DNA from: Heptranchias perlo
Taxonomy: Eukaryota
NCBI RefSeq assembly: GCF_035084215.1
Contig: NC_090370.1
Span: forward strand, 26,288,001-26,352,000
DNA: 64,000 bases
Reading direction: 5' to 3'
Positions within the stretch are counted from its first letter, which is position 1; every line of letters starts with the position of its first letter. Made by a program: the position numbers and the translations under genes. The notes under the pieces are model-generated. The model saw only the letters and a list, made by a program, of their open reading frames with translations. It searched no databases and was not told the DNA's origin. Below, in pieces: positions 1 to 13,823 of this stretch.

Positions 1-3000
1 CCCACACTCACATACAGTATCAGAGTCTGACAGATACAGAATGAATCCCACATTCATGCACAGTATCAGAGAATGACAGATACAGAATGAATCCCATCCA
101 AACATGGAGTATGAGAAACTGCATATGTGGAAATAATTCAACACCCACACACAGTACGAGAGAATGTATAAACAGAATGAATCCCACAGTCAAATAGAGT
201 ACCAGGGAGTGACAGATGCAGCATGAATCCCACACTCACACGCAGTACCAGAGACTGAGAGATACAAAGTGAATCTCATAGCCACCAACATTCGTGCAGG
301 CTGAGTTACAAATTACATACCAGAGCAAAAATCTCACAGTTGCTGATTGAAAGTTACCATCTCAATTCCATCAATGCAGGCTTCGTTACACATTCGGTAC
401 CAGTCCAAAAATCTCAGAGTCAGATTGAAAGATACATTATAATTTCCATTAGCGCAGACTGATCTGCATATTAGTTATATTGGTAAATACTCATGGAGTA
501 TTATACTGAAATAAACAGTCTCAATCCCATTGGTACAGACTGAGCTATACATTACATACTCACCCAAATACCTCATAAATGTTCAGACTGGAAGATACAA
601 CTTCAATTCTATTAGCTCACCCTCAGCTGTATATTACACACCAGACTGAAAATCCCATAAAATATTAGACTGAAAGATACAGAATCGATTCCAAGAGAGC
701 AGACTGAGCCACACATTATACAGCAGTCCAACAATCTCATACCGTATCAGACTCAAAGATACAAAATCAAATCCATTAACACAGACTGAGCTGTATGTTG
801 CTCACCAATCCAAAAATCTCATACAGTATCAGAATGAAAGATTCAGTATCACTTCCATTATTGAAGACTGAGCTGCACATCACATTCCAGTCCAAAAATC
901 TATTGCAGTATCAGACTGATAGATACAGTATCAATTCCTTTAGTGCAGGATAAGCTACATATCACATACCAGTCCAAACATCTCACACAGTGTCAGACTC
1001 AGATAGAGAATTAATCCAATTATTGCAGACTGAACGACACATTACAGACCAGTCCAGTCATTTCACTGTGAACATTTTGAAAGGTACATTATCGTTCACA
1101 ATAGAGTTCAGAGATTAAGATGTAATACGACTCCAAAACTCACACACATAGTTTGATTAAAGAAAATCGAAAAGTAATCCCTATTTACAAATTAAATACT
1201 CGAAAAAGAACAGTATATATTTTATAGTATTAAAGATACAGTTTCAAATAAGATACTGCAAACTGAAATGAGAATATGGAATGAATTCAGACTTGCATAT
1301 TGTCTCAGAGACTGAATTACAGCATGAATCCCACACTGAGATAAAGTAGCAGAGAATGGCAGACACAGAATGAATCCGACACTCACACACAGTATCTGAG
1401 ACTGACAGATACAGAATGAATCCATTGCTTATATATCGTACCTCTGAGACTGACAAATGCAGAATATACCCCATGCTCACAGTCAGTACCAGAGACTGAC
1501 AGATATGGAATGAATCCCACACTCACACACAGCACCAGAGACTGACAGATACAGAATGAATCCCACACTCACGCACAGTACCAGAGACTGACAGATACAG
1601 AATGAATCCCACACTCACACACAGTATCAGAGACTGACAGATACAGAATGAATCCAAAACTCACAAACAATATCAGAGACTGACAGATACTGAATGAATC
1701 CCACACTCACACACAGTATCAGAGACTGACAGATACAGAATGAATCCCACACTCACACACAGTAACAGAGACTGACAGACACAGAATGAATCCCACCCTC
1801 ACACACAGTATCAGAGACTGACAGATACAGAATGAATCCCATACTCACACACAGTATCAGAGACTGACAGATACAGATTGAATCCTACACTAACACACAG
1901 TATCAGAGACTGACAGATACAGAATGAATCCCACACTCACACACAGTATCAGAGACTGACAGACACAGAATGAATCCCACCCTCACACACACTATCAGAG
2001 ACTGACAGATACAGATTGAATCCTACACTCACATACAGTATCAGAGACTGACAGATACAGAATGAATCCCACTCTCACACACAGTACCAGAGACTGACAG
2101 ATACAGAATGAATACCACACTCACACAGAGTCTCAGAGACTGATAGATAGAGAATGAATCCCACACTCAAATACATTATCAGCGATTGACAGATACAGAA
2201 TTAATCCCACACTCACGCACAGTACCAGAGACTGACAGATACAGAATGAATCCCACACTCACGCACAGTACCAGGGACTGACAGATACAGAATGAATCCC
2301 ACACTCACACACAGTATCAGAGACTGACAGATACAGAATGAATCCCACTCTCACGCACAGTACCAGGGACTGACAGATACAGAATGAATCCCACACTCAC
2401 ACACAGTATCAGAGACTGACAGATACAGAATGAATCCCACACTCACACACAGTATCAGAGACTGACAGATACAGAATGAATCCCACACTCACATACAGTA
2501 CCAGGAACAGAATAAATCTCTCACTCACAAACAGTACCAGAGACTGAAAGATACAGAATGAATCTCACAGTCACATAACTTCAAACTGAGCTTCACATTC
2601 CATACCAGTCCCAAAAACTCATTGGGTCAGATTGAAAGATACAGTATCAATTCAATTGGTGCACCTGGCTACATATTCAATGTATTGGTAAATACTCGTG
2701 GTATGCTGAAATAAACAGTGTCAATACCATTGGTACAGACTGAGCTATATATTACACACGAGTCCAAACATCAAATAAATGATCAGACTGAAAGATATAC
2801 TCTAAATTCTAGTAGCACCGTCTGAGTTAAACATTATATAACAGTCCAACAATCTCATACAATATTGGACTGAAAGATAGATTGCCAATTCCATCAGTGC
2901 AGACTGAGCCACACATTACACAACAGTCCAAGAATCTCATTGGCCTATCAGACTCAAAGATACAATATCAATTCTATTAGCACAGAATGAATAATATGTT

Positions 3001-3608
3001 ACTCACCAGTCCAAAAATCTCATGCAGTCCATAATTTCAACGTGAACAGATTGAAAGGTACATTATCATTCACAATAGAGTTCAGAGATTAAATGTAATA
3101 CTACTCCAAAACTCACACACATTGTTTGATTAAAGAAAATCGAAAAGTGTATCCATATTAACAAATTAAATACTCGACAAAGAACTGTATATACTTTGAA
3201 GTTGTGAAGATATAGTTTCAAATACGATATTCTAAACTGAAATAAGAATCGAGAATGAATCTAGAATTGCACATTGTCTCAGAGACTGAATTACAGAATG
3301 AATCCCTCACTGAGATAAAGTAGCAGAGAATGGCAGATACAGAATGTATCCCCCACACACACAGACAGTACCAGAGACTGACAGACATAGAATTATGCCC
3401 ACACTCACATAAAGCACCAGAGACTGACAGATGCAGAACGAATCCATCACTTATATATAGTAGCTAAGACTGACAGATGCAGAATATACCCCATGCTCAC
3501 ACTCAGTCCCAGAGACTGACAGATACAGAAAGAATCCCAAACTCACGCACAGTACCAGAGACTGACAGATACACAATAAACCCCACTCTCACATCCAGTA
3601 CCAGAGAC
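1..3608. repeat. Satellite block: 46-bp unit (CCCACACTCACACACAGTATCAGAGACTGACAGATACAGAATGAAT) interleaved with a related 78-82-bp unit
   Basis: Near-perfect 46-bp period at ~1370-2570 (TCCC at 1561, 1607...); 78-82-bp units CCAGTCCAAAAATCTC...AGACTGAGCTACAC at ~300-1060 and ~2580-3030. Confidence 0.9.
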
Positions 3609-5399
3609 TGGCCTCTACTGGACGTAAGCGAGAACTGTAAAAGAGCGGAACAAATTCACATTATCTGTCGTGGTTGGAGAAGCAGGACAATGTGCAATGT
3701 GAGGAAAGTTTCTGTCTGTAACTTTTACTCTCGTATTTTTGCACTTTTTGATCCTGAAAAATGAAGACAATTTATTCATAATAACGTTTTTATTTCACTC
3801 ATTCAATAGTTGTGAATTTGCCACATTATATTTCACTGTACATTGCGCAGTATTTCTCTCTGATTTCTCAGGACACGGTTTACATTGTTCCTCTACCCCA
3901 TTTAGGCTCTTAATTTCCAAGCAGTATGTGGCCTCCTTATTCCCTCTTGCGAAATGCAGCACCGCAACCCTTTCGATATTGCAATTCAATGGCCAATTAC
4001 ACAGCCGTTCAGCAAGTTTATTTTGCCGCAGACTTCCTCTGTTTAACTATACCTCCTAAATCATTTACAAGAATTTAACACAGCATTACAACTAATGTTT
4101 TTTCCAACAAAATGTGCTTGCAGCTCGACTCCATTCCCAGTTTTTCTAAATCCCACTCGTGCAATATAATGTGAAGAATTAGTTTCTGTTCTGTCCCTCT
4201 CTCATCTGCAAACTTCACTGTCCCGGGGTTTGGGGACATCTACTGGCCGGAAGCAGAACTGCAACAGTTCGGAACAAATTGCTGAAACCGGACAATGTGC
4301 AGTGTGAGCGTGTTTGTGATTGGTGGCAGCTATTAAATCAGATTTTTTAAACCTGCCCATTAACCTTTAGTGTTTGTTATTGAACAGTAAACAGAGCCGG
4401 ATAGTGAGGATATGGGGAGTTATACAAAGAGCATCTATGGCAGACATCAGGTGAGAAGGTTGAAGGACACATTTTAAACAGCGTCTGTTTTGTTTCAGTT
4501 GAATGGTTCGTCCCAAGGGAGTGGGAAACAGAAATCTGATATGTTCAAAGGTCCCCGCCCCATCGGGTAGTCCCATTCATGGATCAGTGCAGGGGTTGGG
4601 TTGTGTCTGTATGTCACTAAATTGTTGTAAAACAGCCCAACACACCTGGTGTGCAGAAGCTGAGAGCTGCAGGACTGCAGTGGAGTCAGACACTGACACT
4701 GTTTGTATCACTGGTTTTCATTTGTGGTTATTACAATGATTATTAACAGAGAGATTCAATTGATCACTTTTGTATTTTCTACTTCACCTGTTCTTGAGTT
4801 ACAAGAGATACTTTTTCTTCCGACAGTCAAATCCTTGAAGGGCCCAGAATCAGTGTGATGTTTACTCCACCCGAGGCACAAGGAGCAGTCAGTGCAGCCA
4901 GCTCCTTCTCACACACAGTAAGTACATTATCACTCACAGAGCACAGAGACACAGACAGGTCATCAGTCCCACAGTCTCAGACAGCGGAAATAGTCAGTCC
5001 CACACTGACCCCAATCCAACAGTGAAACAGAGCAGGAGAGACAGACGTAATTTCCATTTCACAACGACTCAGTACCGCTGACCGGCAGATCAATAATTCC
5101 CAGTCCAAAATCACACCCAGTATCAGATTGAAAGGCACTGTGTCAATCTCACATTAGTTCAGCCTCAGCTACAAATTAAATACCAGATAGAACTGACACA
5201 TGGTACTGATTGATAGGTACAGAATGAATCACAACAGTGTACTCCAAGATTCAAATTAAATACCAGCCCACAACTCTCACACATTATGAGTTTAAAGATG
5301 CAATATTCATGCCACTATTGTGCACGGAGATACAAATTTGATACCAATTCAGATGTTACCCATATTTGACTCACAGAAATGTCCAAAAAACTCATAGTG

Positions 5400-6980
5400 T
5401 CAGAATGAAATGTAGAGTTTCAATTCCTTTACTGCAGACTGAGGTACACATTAGATACCAGTCCAAAAGTCTCATACAGTATAAAACTGAAAGACACAGT
5501 ATCAACCCCATTAGTGCAGACTGAGCAACACATCACATACCAGTCCAAAAATCTCAGTGTCAGGTTGAAAGATACAGTATCAATTCCATTAGTGCAGACT
5601 GAGCAACACATCACATACCAGTCCAAAAATCACAGTGCCAGATTGACAGATACAGTATCAATTCCATTAGTGCAGATTGAGCTACACATTATAGACCAGT
5701 CCAAAATTCGCATAAAGTATCGTACTGGAAGATACAGTATCAATCCCATTAGTGCAGACTGAGGTACACATTATTTACCTGTCCCAACATCACATTGTGT
5801 CAAACTAAAAGGCACAGTATCAATTCCTTCACTGCAGACAGAGGTTCACATGAGATACCTGTCCAAAAATCGGTTCCAGTATCATTCTGAAAGATATAGT
5901 ATCGATGTGATTAGTACAGACTGACCGATATGTTACATACCAGTATAGAAATCTCACACTGTATCAGACTGGAAGATACAGTATCAATCCCATTAGTGCA
6001 GACTGAGGTATACATTAGATACCAGTCCAAAAGTCACATTCAGTGACAAATAGAAAGATACAGAATCAATTCCATTAGTGTAGACTCAACTACACCTTAC
6101 AAACCAGTCTAAATATATTACACAGTATCAGACTGAAAGGTACAGTATGAATTCCATTAGTGCAGACTGAGCTACACATTATATATTGTCCAAAAATCTG
6201 ATACATTATCACACTGAAACATACAGTATGAATCCTATTAATGTAGACTAAGCTACACATTACAAACGAGTCCAAAAATATCTTAGTGTCTGACTGAAAG
6301 TTGGAATGTCAATTCCATTCGTACAGACTGAACCACACATTACACACCAGTCCAAAAATCTCAGACAGTGTCAGACTGAAAGAAAGAGTGTCAATTCCAT
6401 TCGCACAGACTGAGCTACACCTTACATACCAGTCCAAATATCTCATACCGTGTCAGACTGAAAGATACAATATCAATTCCATTAGTGCTGACTGAGCTAC
6501 ACCATAAATACCAGTCCAATAATTTCGCAGTAAAAGATTGAAGTGAAAATTATCTTCATAGAGATTAAGATATAATACGACAACAAAACTCACACACGTT
6601 GTTTGATTAAAACAAAATCCAAAATTTTATCCATATTTACAAATTAATGCTACACAAAAGATTTGCATACATTAGTGAATTAAAGATACAGTTTCAAGCA
6701 CCATACTGTAGCCTGAAATAAGAATACAGAACGAATCCAGACTTGCACTTTGCCCAGAGACTGAGTTACAGAATGGATCCCACACCGAGACAAAATACCA
6801 GAGACTGACAGATGCAGAATGAATCCCACACTCACACACATTCCCAGAGATTGACAGATACAGAATGAATCCCACACTCACAGACTGAACTGGAGACTGA
6901 CGGATACAGAATGAATATCACGCTCACACACAGTACCAGAAACTGACAGACAGAGAATTACTCTCACACTCACATACAAT
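5400..6980. repeat. 78-82-bp satellite followed by 46-bp units
   Basis: CCAGTCCAAAA recurs at 5458, 5540, 5618...; 46-bp units at ~6770-6980. Confidence 0.85.
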
Positions 6981-7362
6981 CTGACATCTACTGGCCATAA
7001 GTGAGAACTGTAACAGAGTGGAACAAATTCATATTATCTGTCTTTGTTACAGATTCAGGACAATGTGCAACGTGAGGAAATAGTTTCTCTCTGTAACTTC
7101 TACTCACGTATTTTTTCATGTTTTGTCAGTGAAAAATTAGGCAATTGATTCATAATAAAGTTTTTGTTTTGCTCATTCGAAAGTTGCCCCATTATATTTC
7201 ACTCTCCATTGCACAATATTTCTGTCTGATTTCTCAGGACACGATTTATATTAATTCAAATAAACCGAACTGAAACACAAATAAAAACTGAGCGCAAATC
7301 TGGAAGGTTCAACGGCGACCGTCAAAAGTGAAAGGGACAAAATACAGAAAAAATTAAAACCG

Positions 7363-7446
7363 AAAATGCTGGAAAGACTCAGCAGGTCCGGCAGCATCTG
7401 TGGAGAAGGGAAGCTCGGGTTAACGGTTCAGGACTATGACCCTTCA
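7363..7446 (-). mobile_element. Short Penelope-like terminal fragment (mirror copy at ~30830-30918)
   Basis: AAAATGCTGGAAAGACTCAGCAGGTCCGGCAGCATCTGTGGAGA... resembles a repeat end I recall from shark genomes; degenerate GAAGGGTC...CTGAA hammerhead-like remnant. Confidence 0.5.
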
Positions 7447-7739
7447 ATAGGTCAGAAAGGTTAATCCGACATAATTTAAATAAGGAACGGGAATTAGCAG
7501 AGGGAAAACCTTCCGAAAATCAATTAATTTCACTGAATTCAAGCAATTTTGTCCCGTATCCACCGTACAGATCAGGGCAAATAATAATACAAAGGAACAG
7601 AGTTAAATTTAACTTTATGGGGGAAATAAATGAATTTTAGAAGTATTTTTTATATAAATTAAACCCGTTTGTGTTTTGGAAACACTGTCCCTCTGAACAT
7701 CATCAAATTCGGTTCCAGTCTTGGTGTTTCTGAATTCAG

Positions 7740-7808
7740 CGTGCTGGGATTCAAACCTGTTGGAATTAACTGCTTGGAAGGCAGCTATACTCACCATTAT
7801 AGCGCTTT
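7740..7808 (-). pseudogene. Degenerate tRNA-Gly(TCC) remnant
   Basis: Reverse complement contains TGGTGAGTATAGCTGCCTTCCAAGCAGTT, matching the D and anticodon arms of Gly-TCC; acceptor stem and T arm broken. Confidence 0.7.
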
Positions 7809-7989
7809 ATTTCACTATGAGGGAGAAGTCGAGTGTTTCTGTTGAGTTTCGGACTGAATTGCACGCTTTGGGTTTCTGGCACTTTAATCATAGACAATAA
7901 ATAGTTCCCAAACATCAGCCCCTGAACAGACACAACAAGCTGGTGGAATTTCTCATTCATAGATATTAAATAAGAGGATGGCAAAAGCG

Positions 7990-8980
7990 AATAGGAAGAG
8001 GTTCGGAAGAAGTCACTAAAACAATTAGGGAAGCAAACAGGAACCAGGAAATCAAATTATCAAGGAATATAAAAAGAAATAGTAAATTATTCCACTGACA
8101 CAAAAATATCAAAAGGAAAATCAGAACATCTTGAGTGCCACCAAGTGATGCACAAGATAAACTCACTGGTAACGTCAGCGAAATGGCAGAAATGTTGAAT
8201 TGTTACTTTGCCTCAGTATTTACCCGGGAGATTAACAGGGTGAATGTATTGGAGGAAGAGGTCAATAAAGATATCAAGGTATTTATGTTCGAAAGTGTGG
8301 TTAAACTCCTGGTCCAGATAGATTGCATCTGTGCATATTAAATGAAGCAAGGGAAGAGATAGCAGAGGCACTGTTACATGCATCGGAAAAAATCTTCAAA
8401 AAAGGAATACTGCCAGAGGACTGGATGACAGCTAATGTGATTCTTATATTTCAAAACAGGATGTAGAACAATTCCAGGGAACATAAGACCAGTTAACTAA
8501 AGGTCGGTGGTAGGATTGATCATGGAATCCTTTACTCAATGAAGCAACAGAAAAACATACAGAAACCGAAAATACAACAAAGAATAGTCAGCACGGATTT
8601 CAGAAAAGGAAAGTTTAACAGTTTGGCCAAAGGTTTGACAGTTTAAATTACAGTTCAACACAACTTATCTGCTTGACAATTTTATTCCTCTGGAAATAAA
8701 CCTCTGTGTTTGCTTTTTATGGCCTTATCATCCTGAGTTGCTCTTTTTAATGATTTATCAATCTCTACCCCGAAATCCCTTTGCACTTCCACCCCATTTA
8801 TACTCTTATTTTCGGAGCAGTATGTGGCCTCCTTATTTCTCCTCGCAAAATGCACCACCTCACATTTTTTATATGGAAATTCAATGGCCATTTTGACCGC
8901 CTTTCAGCAAGCTTATTAAAGTCTTCTTGTATTTTGTTGCATTCTTCCTCAGTATAGGCTATAAACCCGAAATTAATTAA
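7990..8980. mobile_element. Old CR1 LINE ORF2 fragments (+ strand ~7990-8620, - strand ~8650-8980)
   Basis: Degenerate CR1 motifs: EMAEMLNCYFASVFT (+); KKCEVVHF and EEECNKIQEDFNKL (-). Confidence 0.8.
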
Positions 8981-9239
8981 AAGCATTTAATACAGCATTA
9001 CAACTAATGTTTTGTCGAACAAAATGTTCTCCATTCCCAGTTTTTCTAAATCCCACTCGTGCAATATAATGTGAAGAATTAGTTTCTGTTCTGTCCCTCT
9101 CTCATCTGCAAACTTCACTGTCCCGGGGTTTGGGGACATCTACTGGCCGGAAGCAGAACTGCAACAGATCGGAACAAATTGCTGAAACCGGACAATGTGC
9201 AGTGTGAGCGTGTTTGTGATTGGTGGCAGGTACTAAATC

Positions 9240-9375
9240 TGATTGGTTTCTTCAGATAGCCAATCAGAGAATGAAAATAAAAGATTACGTTGCATCACTC
9301 CCAATGACCCAATCACAATCATTACCTTCCCCCATCCTTCATTAGCATAGGGCTGTGGGACTGCCGATTTAATCC
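9240..9375 (+). promoter_or_regulatory. H2B promoter: CCAAT boxes, octamer-like H2B box ATTAGCAT (9341-9348), altered TATA (GATTTAA)
   Basis: CCAAT at ~9260, 9301, 9309; CCTTCATTAGCATAGG resembles the H2B box CCTTATTTGCATAAG. Confidence 0.65.
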
Positions 9376-9425
9376 GAGCTCGGAGCGGATTTGGGTCATT
9401 TCTGGGTCTGAAATTGAGTTTGAAA

Positions 9426-9800
9426 ATGCCTGAGGACAAGAAAGCAGCTCCCAAGAAGGGCGCCAAGAAAACCTTGAATAAAGCACCAGGCAAGGGCGGC
9501 AAGAAGCGGAGAAAGACGAGGAAGGAGAGTTACTCCATCTACATCTACAAAGTGATGAGGCAGGTTCACCCCGACACCGGCATCTCCTCCAAGGCCATGG
9601 GCATCATGAACTCCTTTGTGAACGACATTTTCGAGCGCATCGCGGGTGAGGCTTGCCGCCTGGCCCATTATAATAAACGCCACACCATCAGCTCCCGGGA
9701 GATCCAGACCGCCGTGCGCCTGCTGCTGCCCGGGGAACTGGCCAAGCACGCCGTGTCGGAAGGGACAAAGGCGGTGACCAAATACACCAGCTCCAAGTAA
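9426..9800 (+). CDS. H2B: Histone H2B (replication-dependent), 124 aa
   Basis: [15 protein letters not shown]...[26 protein letters not shown]...AVTKYTSSK; intronless; stem-loop downstream. Confidence 0.97.
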   Translation: MPEDKKAAPKKGAKKTLNKAPGKGGKKRRKTRKESYSIYIYKVMRQVHPDTGISSKAMGIMNSFVNDIFERIAGEACRLAHYNKRHTISSREIQTAVRLLLPGELAKHAVSEGTKAVTKYTSSK

Positions 9801-9836
9801 AACTCCACAATGAACTGAAAAAAAATTATACACACA

Positions 9837-9852
9837 GGCTCTTTTAAGAGCC
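9837..9852 (+). terminator. Histone 3' stem-loop (H2B)
   Basis: GGCTCTTTTAAGAGCC+ACCCA; downstream element is the variant GAAGACGCTG. Confidence 0.95.
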
Positions 9853-9944
9853 ACCCACAGTCTCTCTGAAGACGCTGTACCGACACCTCTGTATGGAATC
9901 ATTTTACTGTAAATAGTTTGATACTAACTTTCTCTCGAAAACGG

Positions 9945-10133
9945 CAATTGATACGAGCTCAAATGCTAAATTTAAATCTGAGATAGATAGTTAATTGGCA
10001 ACGAAAGGTATTAATGGATACGGGCCAAAGGCAGGTATCTGGAGTTAGATCACAGATCAGCCATGATCTTATCAAATGGCGGAGCAGGCACGAGGGGCTG
10101 AATGGCCGACTCCCTGTTCCTATGTTCTTGTGC
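9945..10133 (+). mobile_element. CR1 LINE 3' end
   Basis: GATCAGCCATGATCTTATCAAATGGCGGAGCAGGCACGAGGGGCTGAATGGCCGACTCC and TTCCTATG-type tail. Confidence 0.85.
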
Positions 10134-10772
10134 TTTTGAAATTTCTGTTGAAATCTGTAAGATTCTCTCAATCGCTGCCCGGTATAATCTGTGGATCGCT
10201 TTTTTATTTAATCCCAATAACCAAAAACGTGTCCCTGATCCTCTCATTCCCGCTAATATTCCGCCCCTTCCCCCGCATCTGCCCCGTCAGAGCCGTTTTA
10301 AGGCGGTGGATTACACTTCAGTCATTTCTTTCTCCTTTTCACCTTTGTTTGTTCATTATTCGGGAATATCACTTTCAGAACCGCAATCCTTTGTAAAGCA
10401 GCATTCCCGAAAGGCTGTTCACACCGAGTGCAGAACAGTCTAAAGACTCTGTCACTGTTCGACTTCTTACACCAGGAGTCGCGGCTCCGGTTTCGATCGC
10501 GCTGCAGCTCCTGTGAACAGGGATCAATCCACAATCTGTTGTTTGTTAATTTTACAAAGATTGAGCTGGAATCTGTCCCGTTACAAAATGGGGCTTTATT
10601 CCCGCCCGATTGAAAGCGAACGGTGAATGAAGCCGGATTTTAACCGGATTGGAAAAGATTTTGGAAGTTGTGACGGGAAATGTGGAGTAACAGAGTAAAA
10701 GGAGAGAGATTTTTAAATCTTTGTCTTTACGCGACATTATTTACTAAATCCGCTTCTTGTGTTGGAAATATA

Positions 10773-11400
<628 letters not shown>

Positions 11401-11430
11401 AGCGGCCAAGATTTAATCTGATAACCCAAA

Positions 11431-11471
11431 GGCTCTTTTCAGAGCCACCCACTGTATCTATGAAAGGGCTG
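11431..11471 (+). terminator. Histone stem-loop plus purine-rich HDE (H2A)
   Basis: GGCTCTTTTCAGAGCC (11431-11446) ACCCA ... GAAAGGGCTG. Confidence 0.95.
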
Positions 11472-11927
11472 ATTACTGTCTGAAGAGAGTCAGGTATTAA
11501 TTTAATAAGGACTTGATTCCGATTCGAGAACTAACAATAACTTGTTGATCACAAATGATCCAGATCGGTCTGTTGAAGTACTCGCTTCCGGACAGCAGAT
11601 GTCGCCAACCTCCAATAGATTGATATTTGCAGTTTGTGTGGTGAATGAGACAAAATATCAAAATTGCCATTAAACTGGGCAGGTGGGACACAGAAATACC
11701 AGGGACGTTTGATCATCGGCATCAAGAGGCATTCTGTTGTGTTCCACCCAATATTATTTACAGTCTCATCCTCCGACAACACTTGCTCGGTCTGTGTTAT
11801 TTTACCCAGATTTGTATAGCAGAAGCTGACTGATGTGTTGATTATTGTGTCAGCGATTACTGAATCAGTGAATGACATTTGTCTGTTATTGGATGTGAGC
11901 GAGGGAATTATTCTGTTCCTGTGTCAG

Positions 11928-12014
11928 TTACGACTTCTTGCCGCCGTTGGCTGGTGCTTTACTGAAGGTTTTTTTGGCGCCCTTCTTGGGAGCTGTTTTC
12001 TTGTCCTCAGGCAT
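11928..12014 (-). pseudogene. 3'-truncated H2B (27 codons of N-tail, then Ser-stop)
   Basis: Reverse strand reads [28 protein letters not shown]-stop; H2B 5' UTR and proximal promoter at 12015-12150. Confidence 0.9.
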
Positions 12015-12154
12015 TTTCAAACTCAATTTCAGACCCAGAAATGACACAAATCCGCTCCGAGCTCGGATTCAATCGGCAGCCGCACAGCCCTATGCTAATG
12101 AGGGATGGGTGAAGGCAATGATTGTGATTGGACGGATGAGAGTGATGCCACCTG

Positions 12155-13032
12155 ACATAGAAAATATGAGTAAGAGTCGGCCATTCCGCCCTTCGGGTCT
12201 GCTCCGCCATTCAAAATGATCATGGCTGATCGTCGAACTCAGTACCCTGTTCCCGCTTTTTCCCCATATAGAAACATAGGAACAGGAGCAGGCCATTCAG
12301 CCCCTCCTGCCTGCTCTGCCATTTGATAAGATCATGGCTGATCTGTGTTCTAACTCCATGTACTCGCCTTTGGCCCATATCCCTTAATACCTTTGGTTGC
12401 CAAAAAGCTATCCATCTCAGATTTAAATTTAGCAATTCAGCTAGTATCAATTGCCGTTTGCGGAAGAGAGTTCCAAACTTCTACCACCCTTTGTGTGGAG
12501 AAATGTTTTCTAATCTCGCTCCTGAAAGGTCTGGCTCTAATATCCCGTGATCCCTTCAGCAGTATGAAATATATCTATCTCATTCTTGAATACATCTAAT
12601 GACTTGGCCTCCACTGCCTTCTGTGGTAGAGAATTCCACAGGTTCACCACCCTCTGAGTGAAGAAATTTCTCCTCATCTCGGTTCCAAATTGCATACCCC
12701 GTATCCTGAGACTCTGACCACTGGTTCTGGACTCTGCAGCCATCGGGAACATCCTCCCTGCATTTAGTCTGTCTAGTCCTGTTAGAATTTTATATGTTTT
12801 GAAGAGATCACCTCTCATTCTTTTAACTCGAGTGAATACTGGCCGAGTCGACCCAATCTCTCCTCATACGTCAGTTCTGCCATCCCAGGAATCAGTCTGG
12901 TAAACCTTCGTTGCACTCCCTCCATGTCAAGGACATCCTTCCTCAGATAAGGAGACTAAAACTGCACACAATACTCCAGATGTGGTCTCACCAAGGCCTG
13001 TATAACAGCAGTAAGACATCCCTAAAGACATC
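12155..13032 (-). mobile_element. 5'-truncated CR1 LINE with a second CR1 3' end nested at ~12268-12540
   Basis: RGDLFKTYKILTGLDRL...FFTQRVVNLWNSLP; two 3' UTR/tails; outer element TTCCCCATA|TATCCC split by the inner one; interrupts the H2B promoter, which resumes at ~13045. Confidence 0.9.
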
Positions 13033-13333
13033 CCTGTTTCTTTCACTCTCTGATTGATTTCTTCAGCTATCCAATCAGATTTCGTACCTGCCACCAATCA
13101 CAAACACGCTCACACTGCACATTGTCCGGTTTCAGCAATTTGTTCCGAACTGTTGCAGTTCTGCTTCCGGCCAGTAGATGTCCCCAAACCCCGGGACAGT
13201 GAAGTTTGCAGATGAGAGAGGGACAGAACAGAAACTAATTCTTCACATTATATTGCACGAGTGGGATTTAGAAAAACTGGGAATGGAGACGAGCTGCAAG
13301 TACATTTTGTTAGACCAAACATTAGTTGTAATG

Positions 13334-13823
13334 ATGTGGAGATGCCGGTGATGGACTGGGGTTGACAATTGTAAACAATTTTACAACACCAAGTTATAGT
13401 CCAGCAATTTTATTTTAAATTCACAAGCTTTCGGAGGCTTCCTCCTTCCTCAGGTAAATGTTCAGGAGCTCCTTGAAGCCTACGCATTTATACATATAGA
13501 ACAATACATGGTGTTTACAGACTGCCCCTGCAACTGCCCGTTGCCAAGTCAATCACCGTGTTCAGACAGAGAGGTGTCACCTGCAGAACCCCCGAATACA
13601 CATTCAACAAAAAAACAAACAGGAAAAAAAAACAGAGAGAGGCAGAAACATCAGGAAGGCAGAGAAAGCCAGCAAATGACCCATTATATTAAAAACAGAT
13701 AACATTTGTTCGCTGGTGGGGTAACGTGTAGCGTGACATGAACCCAAGATCCCGGTTGAGGCCGTCCTCATGGGTGCGGAACTTGGCTATCAATTTCTGC
13801 TCGACGATTTTGCGTTGTCGTGT
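13334..13823 (-). mobile_element. Penelope-like element 3' fragment (GIY-YIG C-terminus plus terminal repeat) with 9-bp TSD
   Basis: Minus strand TRQRKIVEQKLIAKFRTHEDGLNRDLGF; GTTGTAATG at 13325-13333 and 13824-13832; empty site ATTAGTTGTAATGCTGTG at ~28782. Confidence 0.85.
13420..13458 (-). ncRNA. Minimal hammerhead ribozyme motif (Penelope-type)
   Basis: TTTAC-CTGAGGA-A-GGAGG aag CCTCC-GAAA-GCTT-GTGAA. Confidence 0.7.

Noticed and set aside
1370-2570. Regular repeats superficially like a CRISPR array
   Set aside because: Head-to-tail satellite without unique spacers, eukaryotic context, no cas genes; the same applies to the arrays at 56-64 kb
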